DNA of 64,000 nucleotides from Longimicrobiales bacterium. GTDB lineage: Bacteria; Gemmatimonadota; Gemmatimonadetes; Longimicrobiales; Gaopeijiaceae. The notes under the pieces were generated by a model, which saw only the letters and a program-made list of their open reading frames with translations, made no database searches and was not told where the DNA came from. The position numbers and the translations under genes were made by a program. Of this stretch, positions 39,963 to 49,182 are shown one piece after another (position 1 is the stretch's first letter; each line of letters starts with the position of its first letter). The DNA is taken from the NCBI GenBank assembly GCA_965248195.1, contig CBDFIQ010000002.1, forward strand, positions 1,728,001-1,792,000, read 5' to 3'.

Positions 39963-41338
39963 GGTAGTGTCCCTAGATTTGTGTAAAAGCGGATAAGCTG
40001 GACAGGAGGGAAAGAAAAACGGAAGCTCCTCTGTTGTTGTTCACTGTCACATGAACCCGGGAGTCCGGGTCTGCAGAGCAGGCTCGGAACCGGAGAGGAG
40101 CTTCCGATGCAAGAGATTGTGGAGATCGGTCGGGCCACGCAAGACGAGCTACGCGATGATTTGCGCGAGCTGTTTCAAGGCGCGATCCGGCTGACGCTCG
40201 AGATGGTGCTGGAAGAGGAGCTGAAGGCCATGGTAGGTGCACGCCGCTTCGAGCGGGTGGGAAGCCGGAAGGACCATAGGAACGGCACATACCTGAGGCG
40301 GCTGCTGACGAGCCTGGGGCAGATCGAGGTCGCCATGCCCCGGAGCCGGGACAACGGTTCGCCGGCCGACGTGATCGGCCGCTACCAGCGCAGGAGCCCC
40401 GAGCTCGACGAGATGATGGTCGAGGCGTATGTGAGCGGCGTGTCACAGCGCAAGATGGGCGACGTCACCGAGGCGCTGATGGGCGAGCGTGTTGGGCGCT
40501 CGACGGTGAGTCGTGTGGCAAAACGGCTCGACGAGGCCGTGGAAGGGCTGCGCCGTGCGCCGATCGAGGGGCCTCACCCCTATCTGTACCTGGACGCCAC
40601 GTTCTTGGACGCCCGCTGGGCCCGCAAAGTCGAGAACGTGAGTGCGCTCGTGGCGTATGCAGTGGGCCCTGAGGGTCACCGACGGCTCCTGGCCGTCACG
40701 CTGGGCGCTGAGGAGTCGCAGCAGAGCTGGTCGGAGCTCCTCGAGCAACTCCAGGACCGCGGCCTCGGCGGTGTCGAGCTCGTGATCGCCGATGAGCACG
40801 CAGGCCTGGCAGCTGCGGTCCGCCGCTTCCTGCCCGAGGCACGCCGTCAGAGGTGTACGGTCCATCTGCAGCGTAATGTGGGGGCGAGGGTCCCCCACCG
40901 CCTACGCAAGCGCGTGGCGCGTGAGGTCTCGGTGATCTTCCAGACATCCGGACTCGCCGAGGCGAAGAAGCTCCTGGGCGAGTTCGGCGCACGCTGGAAG
41001 AAGGAGCTGCCCGAGGCCGTGGAGGTCCTGGAGCGGGGCTTCGGGGCAGCGACGCAGTTCTACGCGTTCCCCGAGGCGCACTGGCCCCGGCTGCGTACCA
41101 CCAACAGCCTCGAGCGGCTGCACGGCGAGATCAAACGCAGGATCAAGGCCGCCGGCGCCTTCCCGGACCGGGCCAGCGCCCTCAGGCTCATCACGGCCGT
41201 CGCACTCAGGACCACACACGTCTGGGGCGACCGGCGTTACCTCGACCTCTCACTCCTCCAGAAACAGGAGGTCGCCCAAGCAGCCTAGCCGAAGGCGAGG
41301 AGCTTCCTCCGCTTTTACACACAAATCGGGACTTGACC
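39963..41338 (+). mobile_element. IS256-family element, copy 2 (transposase 40107-41288)
   Basis: Same ends and protein as copy 1. Flanks tacggagcg / tgcggagcg form a 9-bp TSD with 1 mismatch. Confidence 0.95.
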
Positions 41339-41471
41339 TGCGGAGCGTGGCGGCTACGTAATCTGACGGCTATCGCTACGTCATCCGACGTATAAAGAAC
41401 TCTCCCGGTCCGTGACAACTTGTCGTTGAGCACGTGGCGAGTGGTCAGCACCTCTGGACAGGAGGACCACT

Positions 41472-42287
41472 ATGAGTATCTACCCAATGAGAGTTCGCCT
41501 ATCCACAATGCTTGCCTTGCTGCTCCTGACATCTTGTGGAGAGAGTGAGCCGACCGCACTGACCGATGCTGAAGACGATTTACCTCTCCCGCCGGTATCG
41601 ACGCTACCGCCATTCGGAGGCACGATCTTCATCGACCCGGACATCATCACGTCCTCGGACCCGACCACGTTCCAGAACCTGTCGTTCGCCGGGCAGGGTT
41701 CTCGAACGATGTTCGACCGACGGGTCAACGACTGGATCACGGTCGACGCCTACCTGTTCAACGCAAGCTTCGACGACGGGCTGGCTGCCGAGATTCAGGT
41801 GAATCCGGAGTTCGGTGGGTCCGACGCGGCACTGGCGGAGGCGGAGAAGTACGCCGAGGTGATCGGTCGATTGCCGACCGCGCTTCGCAACGATGTGGAG
41901 ACCGTTTGGATCCACAAGGGCACTCAGCCGTTCGGCGGCGGGAACAACAACCTACTCATCCACATAGGCCAAGCCGACCTCTACACGGCGGACGGCATAC
42001 TTGAGGAGACATTTGTGCACGAGGCAGCCCACACGTCCCTCGACGCGGCTCATGCCTCTGCACCTGCTTGGCTTGCCGCCCGGTCCGCCGATCCCACGTT
42101 TATCTCCACCTACGCACGGGATTTCCCGAACCGCGAGGATATCGCGGAGAGTTTCCTGCCCTATCTGGCCATCCGATACCGATCAGATCGGATCTCCCAG
42201 TCGCTTGCAAACACGATAATGCAGACGATGCCAAACCGGATTGCCTATTTCGACAATCAATCGTTCGACATGTATCCGATCGAATAA
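41472..42287 (+). CDS. Lipoprotein, HExxH zinc metallopeptidase-like
   Basis: SD AGGAGG, lipobox LLLTSC, FVHEAAHTSLD and REDIAESF. Confidence 0.75.
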   Translation: MSIYPMRVRLSTMLALLLLTSCGESEPTALTDAEDDLPLPPVSTLPPFGGTIFIDPDIITSSDPTTFQNLSFAGQGSRTMFDRRVNDWITVDAYLFNASFDDGLAAEIQVNPEFGGSDAALAEAEKYAEVIGRLPTALRNDVETVWIHKGTQPFGGGNNNLLIHIGQADLYTADGILEETFVHEAAHTSLDAAHASAPAWLAARSADPTFISTYARDFPNREDIAESFLPYLAIRYRSDRISQSLANTIMQTMPNRIAYFDNQSFDMYPIE

Positions 42288-42738
42288 CCCCTGGCTTCGC
42301 GTCTTCGTGGAAGTCCTACCTGGCCGGCGGCATCATGATGAGGGTCCCCTCTCCGGCTGCTCCGCTCCCATCCGTGCAAATCCCCTCGAAGCTCCGGTCC
42401 TCCTTCCGAAGAAGCGTGCAATCGACTCGGATACCCGGCTCCCACCAGAACGTCAGCTCGTCCCCGTCGAGCCCCGCGTCACTGAATGCCACGTCCCCCA
42501 CCTGGGGGTTACTCATCGTAATTGAAAGGGCACCGTCGGTCTCACCGACCTGGTACGTGACGGGAAGGCTGGAGCCTCCGGGAAGGGATATCGAGCCCGT
42601 CCACGTGCCTCGCTCCAGCTCCTGAGCACTTACCGGTGTCGCGACCCACATCACGACCAGGGCAACCCTCTCTGCCAACGTACGTGAGACACGGAGCACG
42701 CAAAGAATTAGAGTAGGGCGAAGGCAGAGAAAACGAAC

Positions 42739-43188
42739 ATGTTGGGACTGCGAGAGAGAATGGAAGAGAATGGTAGTGCCCCTGGAATCGGGGAGGCCAA
42801 GCGAAGCGCGGCAGCTCCTGCGGACCCGGAGGTAGTAGATAGGCCGCTACGCCGGCGGTTCAGTCCATCGTACAAGCTGCGGATCGTCGAAGAAGCGGAC
42901 CGGTGCACCGAGCCCGGCGAGGTGGGTCAGCTCCTGCGGCGCGAGGGCCTGTACTCGTCGCACCTGACGACGTGGCGCAAGGCGGCGCATAGCGGGTCGC
43001 TGAAGGCCCTGTCGAAGAAACGCGGCCGCAAGCCGGAGCGGAATCCGCTGGATGAGAAGGTACGCAAGCTGGAGCGGCAAAACGCACGGCTCGAGAATGA
43101 GCTCAGGAAGGCACACCTGATCATCGACGTGCAGGGAAAAGTTGCGGGGCTGCTGGGGATAAGCCTCGACGACGGGACGAACTCTTGA
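42739..43188 (+). CDS. IS3-family transposase OrfA
   Basis: RRRFSPSYKLRIV..LLRREGLYSSHL HTH plus leucine zipper. Slippery G GGA AAA at 43134-43140 opens into the orfB frame. Confidence 0.9.
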   Translation: MLGLRERMEENGSAPGIGEAKRSAAAPADPEVVDRPLRRRFSPSYKLRIVEEADRCTEPGEVGQLLRREGLYSSHLTTWRKAAHSGSLKALSKKRGRKPERNPLDEKVRKLERQNARLENELRKAHLIIDVQGKVAGLLGISLDDGTNS

Positions 43189-44192
43189 AGGCGGCCGATG
43201 AGCTGGCTAAGCACGTCGGTGTAAAACCGGCGTGCGCGGCTCTCGAGGTCTCCCGATCGACGTTCTACCGTCGTCGAGGCCCATCGACCGGGCAACGGCA
43301 GCCCCGCCCGACGCCCGCCCGGGCATTGAGCGAGACGGAACGAGGCGAGGTCTTCGACACGCTGTGTTCGGAGCGGTTCGTGGACCGCTCACCCGCCGAG
43401 GTGGTGGCCACGCTGCTCGACGAAGAGGTCTACCTGTGCAGCGAACGCACGATGTATCGTGTTCTGGCCTCCGAGGTGCCGGTTCAGGAACGCCGGGCGC
43501 AGCGCACCCATCCCGAGTACAAGAAGCCCGAGTTGATGGCCACGGCGCCGAACCAGGTGTGGTCCTGGGATATCACGCGGCTACTCGGGCCGAAGAAGTG
43601 GAGCTATTACTACCTCTACGTCATCATGGACATCTACAGCCGCTACGTCGTGGGCTGGATGGTGGCGGACCGGGAGAACTCGGCCCTGGCCGGCCGGTTG
43701 ATCCAGCAGAGCTGCCTGAAGCATGGCGTCCAGCCCCGGGTCCTGACCCTGCACTCGGATCGGGGAGCTCCAATGACGAGCCAATGCACCGCTCAACTTC
43801 TCGCTGACCTCGGCGTGACTCGCTCGTTGAGCCGGCCTCAGGTGTCGGATGACAACCCGTTTTCCGAGGCTCAGTTCAAAACCTTGAAGTACCATCCCTC
43901 GTTTCCCGGGCGGTTCGGGGATCAGGGCCAGGCCAAGACGTTGTGTCGATCGTTCTTCCGCTGGTACAATGCCGAGCACCGCCATGGCGGTATCTCGATG
44001 CTAACCCCCGAGCAGGTCCACTTCGGGAACGCCGATCAGGTCATTGCCGGCAGGAAATCCGTGCTCCGCGAAGCATGGGCCGCTCATCCCGAACGCTTCG
44101 TCACAGGTGTGCCGAAGCCCAAACCGCTCCCGGAGGCCGTCTACATCAATCCTCCCATCCCTTCCCTCACCACACAGGATATTGCTCTCTAA
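43185..44192 (+). CDS. IS3-family transposase OrfB (DDE integrase core)
   Basis: PNQVWSWDIT, LHSDRG and DNPFSEAQFKTLKY motifs. Confidence 0.92.
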   Translation: MKAADELAKHVGVKPACAALEVSRSTFYRRRGPSTGQRQPRPTPARALSETERGEVFDTLCSERFVDRSPAEVVATLLDEEVYLCSERTMYRVLASEVPVQERRAQRTHPEYKKPELMATAPNQVWSWDITRLLGPKKWSYYYLYVIMDIYSRYVVGWMVADRENSALAGRLIQQSCLKHGVQPRVLTLHSDRGAPMTSQCTAQLLADLGVTRSLSRPQVSDDNPFSEAQFKTLKYHPSFPGRFGDQGQAKTLCRSFFRWYNAEHRHGGISMLTPEQVHFGNADQVIAGRKSVLREAWAAHPERFVTGVPKPKPLPEAVYINPPIPSLTTQDIAL

Positions 44193-44557
44193 TTAATCCC
44201 GTAGAGTGTCCCATTGTCGTTGACAGGTTCCGCAACCATTCCGAGTCCTGCGGCCGTCCTCTCCATTCCATCGCTCCCGTACGGTGAAAGGTAACGTTCG
44301 CGTTGGCGGCCCCACGGAGCAAGCAGCCCTCATAGCCTACCGGCATCCCGCACCGCAGGCTGATGTAGCATCCACTCAGGAGAGGAGCAGCGCGAGACCC
44401 CATCAGGCCCATCCAGCCATCGCACCGCCCAATGATCACGACTAACATTGTTGCATGGGCATCATGCCATGGGATCTCGGTGGCAGCGGCTTCAACACCG
44501 GTCTGCCTAAGTCCACTCGCAATCCCCGCCTCACCATCCGCTGCGAGTATCCAGAAA

Positions 44558-45933
44558 GGTCAAGTCCCGATTTGTGTGTAAAAGCGGAGGAAGCTCCTCG
44601 CCTTCGGCTAGGCTGCTTGGGCGACCTCCTGTTTCTGGAGGAGTGAGAGGTCGAGGTAACGCCGGTCGCCCCAGACGTGTGTGGTCCTGAGTGCGACGGC
44701 CGTGATGAGCCTGAGGGCGCTGGCCCGGTCCGGGAAGGCGCCGGCGGCCTTGATCCTGCGTTTGATCTCGCCGTGCAGCCGCTCGAGGCTGTTGGTGGTA
44801 CGCAGCCGGGGCCAGTGCGCCTCGGGGAACGCGTAGAACTGCGTCGCTGCCCCGAAGCCCCGCTCCAGGACCTCCACGGCCTCGGGCAGCTCCTTCTTCC
44901 AGCGTGCGCCGAACTCGCCCAGGAGCTTCTTCGCCTCGGCGAGTCCGGATGTCTGGAAGATCACCGAGACCTCACGCGCCACGCGCTTGCGTAGGCGGTG
45001 GGGGACCCTCGCCCCCACATTACGCTGCAGATGGACCGTACACCTCTGACGGCGTGCCTCGGGCAGGAAGCGGCGGACCGCAGCTGCCAGGCCTGCGTGC
45101 TCATCGGCGATCACGAGCTCGACACCGCCGAGGCCGCGGTCCTGGAGTTGCTCGAGGAGCTCCGACCAGCTCTGCTGCGACTCCTCAGCGCCCAGCGTGA
45201 CGGCCAGGAGCCGTCGGTGACCCTCAGGGCCCACTGCATACGCCACGAGCGCACTCACGTTCTCGACTTTGCGGGCCCAGCGGGCGTCCAAGAACGTGGC
45301 GTCCAGGTACAGATAGGGGTGAGGCCCCTCGATCGGCGCACGGCGCAGCCCTTCCACGGCCTCGTCGAGCCGTTTTGCCACACGACTCACCGTCGAGCGC
45401 CCAACACGCTCGCCCATCAGCGCCTCGGTGACGTCGCCCATCTTGCGCTGTGACACGCCGCTCACATACGCCTCGACCATCATCTCGTCGAGCTCGGGGC
45501 TCCTGCGCTGGTAGCGGCCGATCACGTCGGCCGGCGAACCGTTGTCCCGGCTCCGGGGCATGGCGACCTCGATCTGCCCCAGGCTCGTCAGCAGCCGCCT
45601 CAGGTATGTGCCGTTCCTATGGTCCTTCCGGCTTCCCACCCGCTCGAAGCGGCGTGCACCTACCATGGCCTTCAGCTCCTCTTCCAGCACCATCTCGAGC
45701 GTCAGCCGGATCGCGCCTTGAAACAGCTCGCGCAAATCATCGCGTAGCTCGTCTTGCGTGGCCCGACCGATCTCCACAATCTCTTGCATCGGAAGCTCCT
45801 CTCCGGTTCCGAGCCTGCTCTGCAGACCCGGACTCCCGGGTTCATGTGACAGTGAACAACAACAGAGGAGCTTCCGTTTTTCTTTCCCTCCTGTCCAGCT
45901 TATCCGCTTTTACACAAATCTAGGGACACTACC
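44558..45933 (-). mobile_element. IS256-family element, copy 3 (transposase 45789-44608)
   Basis: Inverted copy with the same length and protein. Flanks atccagaaa / agacgcggc show no TSD. Confidence 0.95.
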
Positions 45934-45959
45934 AGACGCGGCGGCCATCGCTGAACCAA

Positions 45960-46118
45960 CCAGTGTCAGAACCAGTGACAAACCCCACGGTTGCTGACGG
46001 TTGCTCACGGTTGACGCGGGCTCCAGGCGCCACCTCACCTCGATAACTGTAAGTTACCTAACCACAACGCTATAGAGACGAGAGCAGGGAAGGGGGCTGT
46101 TGCTCACGGTTGACCCCG
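45960..46118 (+). repeat. Right-end att region: arm-like sites and 10-bp direct repeats
   Basis: cagtgtca/cagtgaca pair, then acggttgctg-acggttgctc-acggttgac (45987-46015) and gttgctcacggttgac (~46099-46114). Confidence 0.65.
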
Positions 46119-46122
46119 AGAT

Positions 46123-46215
46123 GCTTCCCAAGCTGAGGGTCGCCGGTTCGGATCCGGTCGCCCACTTGGGTGAAAGAAAAAGCCCGGTAAGGACTTAGAG
46201 CCTTGCCGGGCTTCT
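46123..46215 (+). repeat. att site: displaced tRNA-Gly 3' half plus hairpin
   Basis: gcttcccaagctgagggtcgccggttcggatccggtcgcccact, a diverged copy of 29945-29988. Confidence 0.9.
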
Positions 46216-46231
46216 TCGGGTAGAGGCTTCT

Positions 46232-47110
46232 TCAGGTAGAATCAGTTCCTGCCACCCTCGCCACCATCTCATCATCATCGTCATCGCCGACGTTTTCGTC
46301 ATCCCCGACATCTTCATCATCCCCGACATTTTCGTCGTCCCCGACATCTTCGTCATCCCCGTCATCTTCTTCATCCCCGCCATCTTCGTCCTCTTCGTCA
46401 TCCGTGACGTCTTCGTCATCTCCGACATCCCCAACTTCCCCAACATCCTCGACATCCCCGACATCCTCATCCTCTTCGTCATCCCCGCTCTCTTCGTCAG
46501 CCTCGTAATCTCCGTCGTCCTCGGCGAATAGCGGCATAGCCGTCCCCGTCGGCTCCTCCCCCGACGAGTCCACGGTGGTCACCGTCAACTCCAGGTCGAG
46601 AGCACCCGCCCGTTCCAGTAATGCCGTGATCTTCTTATGAGCAGACTGTTCTCCGTTTTGGGATACGGACAGTGCTGTTGCGCCAGCATTGTTCCTTGCA
46701 TTGATATCGATCTCAGGATGAGCGAGCAGAAGTTTGACAAGATCAACGTCACCCGAGAGAGCTGCGAACATCAGAGGTGTGCTGCCGCCCTTCCTGCCAT
46801 CGCCGGTTCCAAGAAGAGACCCTGTCTCACCGGACGACTTTCCTTCAGTCAAATGTTCCATGAGGCCTGACGCGATCGCTACGGCCAGGTCACTTTTCGT
46901 CCTCTTGTTGACGTCAGCACCTCTGTCCAAAAGGATTTTTGCTACGTCGGCCATACCGTGTGTACACGCTTGATGTAGAGGCTGCGATGATCCGTCCGCG
47001 GTCCTTGCGTCGACGGATGCACCGGTCTCGAGCAGTTTCCTCACTCGTTCCGGGTCACCTCCCTCCACTGCTTTGAAGAGCTTTTCGTCTTTTGACTTCA
47101 ATAATGCCAT
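46232..47110 (-). CDS. Ankyrin-repeat protein with acidic low-complexity tail
   Basis: QPLHQAC, TPLMFAA and GATALSVS ankyrin motifs, (DDE[D/N]VG)n tail, SD AAGGAG. Confidence 0.85.
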   Translation of the reverse strand: MALLKSKDEKLFKAVEGGDPERVRKLLETGASVDARTADGSSQPLHQACTHGMADVAKILLDRGADVNKRTKSDLAVAIASGLMEHLTEGKSSGETGSLLGTGDGRKGGSTPLMFAALSGDVDLVKLLLAHPEIDINARNNAGATALSVSQNGEQSAHKKITALLERAGALDLELTVTTVDSSGEEPTGTAMPLFAEDDGDYEADEESGDDEEDEDVGDVEDVGEVGDVGDDEDVTDDEEDEDGGDEEDDGDDEDVGDDENVGDDEDVGDDENVGDDDDDEMVARVAGTDST

Positions 47111-47473
47111 TCCGCGCCTAACTCCTTATGAAAAACCACGTGTCCCCGGCAGACAGGTCCCACTCCAGTTTGGTGGACACCTTGAAATTGGCGCGACCAT
47201 GCGCTGGGAGGTGTCTCATGACGAAGAAGAAGCGATATAATAAATGATACCGCCCGACAGCACCAACGCGAAAGCTTTGTTTTCGTCTTTACATCGGGAT
47301 GGTGCAGTAGACAGTTTTCTTTGTTCAAACGTTGTGACAACACCGGCATTTCTTTGCCGTTGCTGGCGGTGAAGGAAAACTGAAAACGTAGTGTTTAGGC
47401 GGGTTGAGGTGCCAGTCGCTCTCCCGCAGCAGCCCGAACTAAGGAGGAAGTCACGGTGATCCGCAGAGTTTTT

Positions 47474-48930
47474 GAAGCTGTCCCAACCGTAGTTGAAGGT
47501 TCCTGATAGGGGAGAAAGAAAAGTGGTGGCTCCGGGGGTCCCGGGCCGATAGGCTCGGGTAGGCAAAAACCCCAACACGGAGCCACCACGATGAAGAGAA
47601 CGTACGAGGTAAGGGATCGGGCGGACAAGCGCGCGATCAGGGAGTTCCTGAAGCGGGAGGGGCAGTTTCTGCTTCCGATGCTTGAGCTCGTGGAGCAGAC
47701 GGAGGTCGCGATCGACGAAGTCATCCAGGTGATGGGACGAGCGACGATCGAAGCGGTGCTGGAGATGAGCGCCGAGGGTGTGGCAGGCGTGAAGCAGGCA
47801 GGTCGGTCACGAGCGGAAGACGACACGGTGTGGTATGGCCGGCAGGGTGGTGTGGTTTACCTGTCGGACCGGAAGGTGCGTGTGGAGCGGCCACGGCTCA
47901 GGCGCCGGGGCGCCGGGGAGGGTGGCGAGGTCGAGGTGCCGGCGTACGCAGCGATGCGGAGACCGGGCGCCGTGGCGGATCGGATGCTCGAGGTCCTGAT
48001 GGCGGGGGTGAGCACGCGGAAGTACGGCCGTGTGATCGGTGAGATGGCCGACACGGTCGGGGTGAGCAAGTCGGCGGTGAGCCGTGAGACGGTCGAGGCC
48101 TCGGAGCGCGTGCTGAAGGAGCTGATGGAGCGCCGGCTGGATGCGTGGGACCTCCTGGTGATCTACCTGGACGGGATCCAGATGGGCTCGCACCACGTGC
48201 TTGCTGCGGTAGGCGTGGACTCAGACGGAAAGAAGCACGTGCTGGGCGTGAGGGAAGGAGCGAGTGAGAACGCCGAGGTGACCAGCGCGCTCCTAGAGGA
48301 TCTGGTCGAGCGCGGCCTGGACCCGGGCAGGCGGCGGCTGTTCGTGATCGATGGCTCGAAAGCGCTCAGGAAGGCGATCGAGAAGGTGTTCGGCCAACGT
48401 CACCCCATCCAGCGCTGCCGCAACCACAAGCTCCGCAACGTGCTGGGTCATCTGCCGAAGGATCAGCATCCTCAGGTGAAGGCGGCGTTCCGGGCGGCGA
48501 TGAAGCTGGACGCGAAGCAGGGCGAGCAGAAGCTCGAGCAGCTCGCCCGATGGCTCGAGCGCGACCACCCCTCGGCCTCGGCCAGCCTACGCGAAGGCCT
48601 CAGCGAGATGTTCACGATCAACCGGCTCGGCCTCCCGCCGCGGCTGAGGAAGTGCCTGGGCTCGACCAACCTGATCGACAGCACCCACTCGGGCGTAAGA
48701 CAGAAGACCCGCAGGGTGACCAACTGGAAGAACGGAGCGATGGCCTTGCGCTGGGCTGCGGCCTCGTTCGTGGAGACCGAGAAGAGCTACCGGAGGATCA
48801 TCGGCTACGACCAGCTCTGGATGCTCAGGGCCCACCTCGACGACCATGAACCGGTTGCCGAAATGAGAAAGGCAGGCTAACAAGGAGACTCTCCGGAGCC
48901 ACCACCTTCAACTGTCAGCGGGACACCATC
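47474..48930 (+). mobile_element. Second IS256-family element (transposase 47591-48880)
   Basis: IYLDG, VIDGSKAL, QRCRNHK and STNLIDS motifs. IRs gaagctgtccc..agttgaagg / ccttcaact..gggacaccatc match at 18/26. No TSD. Confidence 0.9.
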
Positions 48931-49086
48931 CGTACTTCCGTCGGGTGACTGCACATAAAGAAACCCCTCATAACTCCCCAGCACGGCGACATCCGTGCCG
49001 GCCTCCACGTCTTCCATCACAGGCGCGACGGGGGCTCGGGGAACAGAGCAAGGCAGACGTGCTCTCGACAAACCGGTTTCGGAGCG
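48931..49086 (-). pseudogene. Diverged duplicate of the M23 gene 3' end
   Basis: Matches 54181-54335 (PVAPVMEDVEAGTDVAVLGSYEGFLYVQSPDGST). Differences are mostly synonymous, plus a 1-nt insertion. Confidence 0.85.
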
Positions 49087-49182
49087 TAGGAATCGGCTGC
49101 TCGTCCGGTTGCGGGGCGGCGGGTCGGTCCATAGGTTAACAGCCCTTGCCTCGGGGACCCACGCTTTTGCGGGAGGGTTAAG

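Larger units (their letters stand above)
42668..44231 (+). mobile_element. IS3-family element
   Basis: orfA/orfB pair. IRs tgccaacgtacgtgagacac (42673) and gtgtcccattgtcgttgaca (ends 44225) match at 14/20. Flanking direct repeat gcaacc. Confidence 0.9.
42316..44266 (-). pseudogene. Small secreted protein split in its signal peptide by the IS3-like element
   Basis: Joining 44266-44232 to 42661-42316 gives in-frame MERTAAGLGMVALVVMWVATPVSAQELERGTWTG... Confidence 0.75.
29945..46215. mobile_element. Decayed genomic island integrated in tRNA-Gly
   Basis: Direct repeat of the tRNA 3' half plus downstream hairpin at 29945-30036 and 46123-46215, integrase remnant next to the tRNA, IS-rich cargo. 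Confidence 0.85.

Noticed and set aside
41333..41362. Hybrid promoter from the IS256 outward TTGACC driving the 41472 lipoprotein
   Set aside because: No convincing -10 element at 16-18 nt spacing.
30111..44557. Classical integron
   Set aside because: No attC or attI consensus found by eye, and the integrase fragment shows no recognisable IntI-specific insertion.
44280..44557. Possible ORF or ncRNA between the IS3-like element and IS256 copy 3
   Set aside because: No frame gives a recognisable protein and no convincing structure was seen.
46123..46166. Second tRNA-Gly gene
   Set aside because: Only the 3' half is present (no 5' acceptor strand or D arm) and it carries mismatches, so it is an att remnant.
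46262..46520. Regularly spaced repeats resembling a CRISPR array
   Set aside because: Codon-phase 18-bp low-complexity repeats inside the ankyrin ORF, with no unique spacers and no cas genes.
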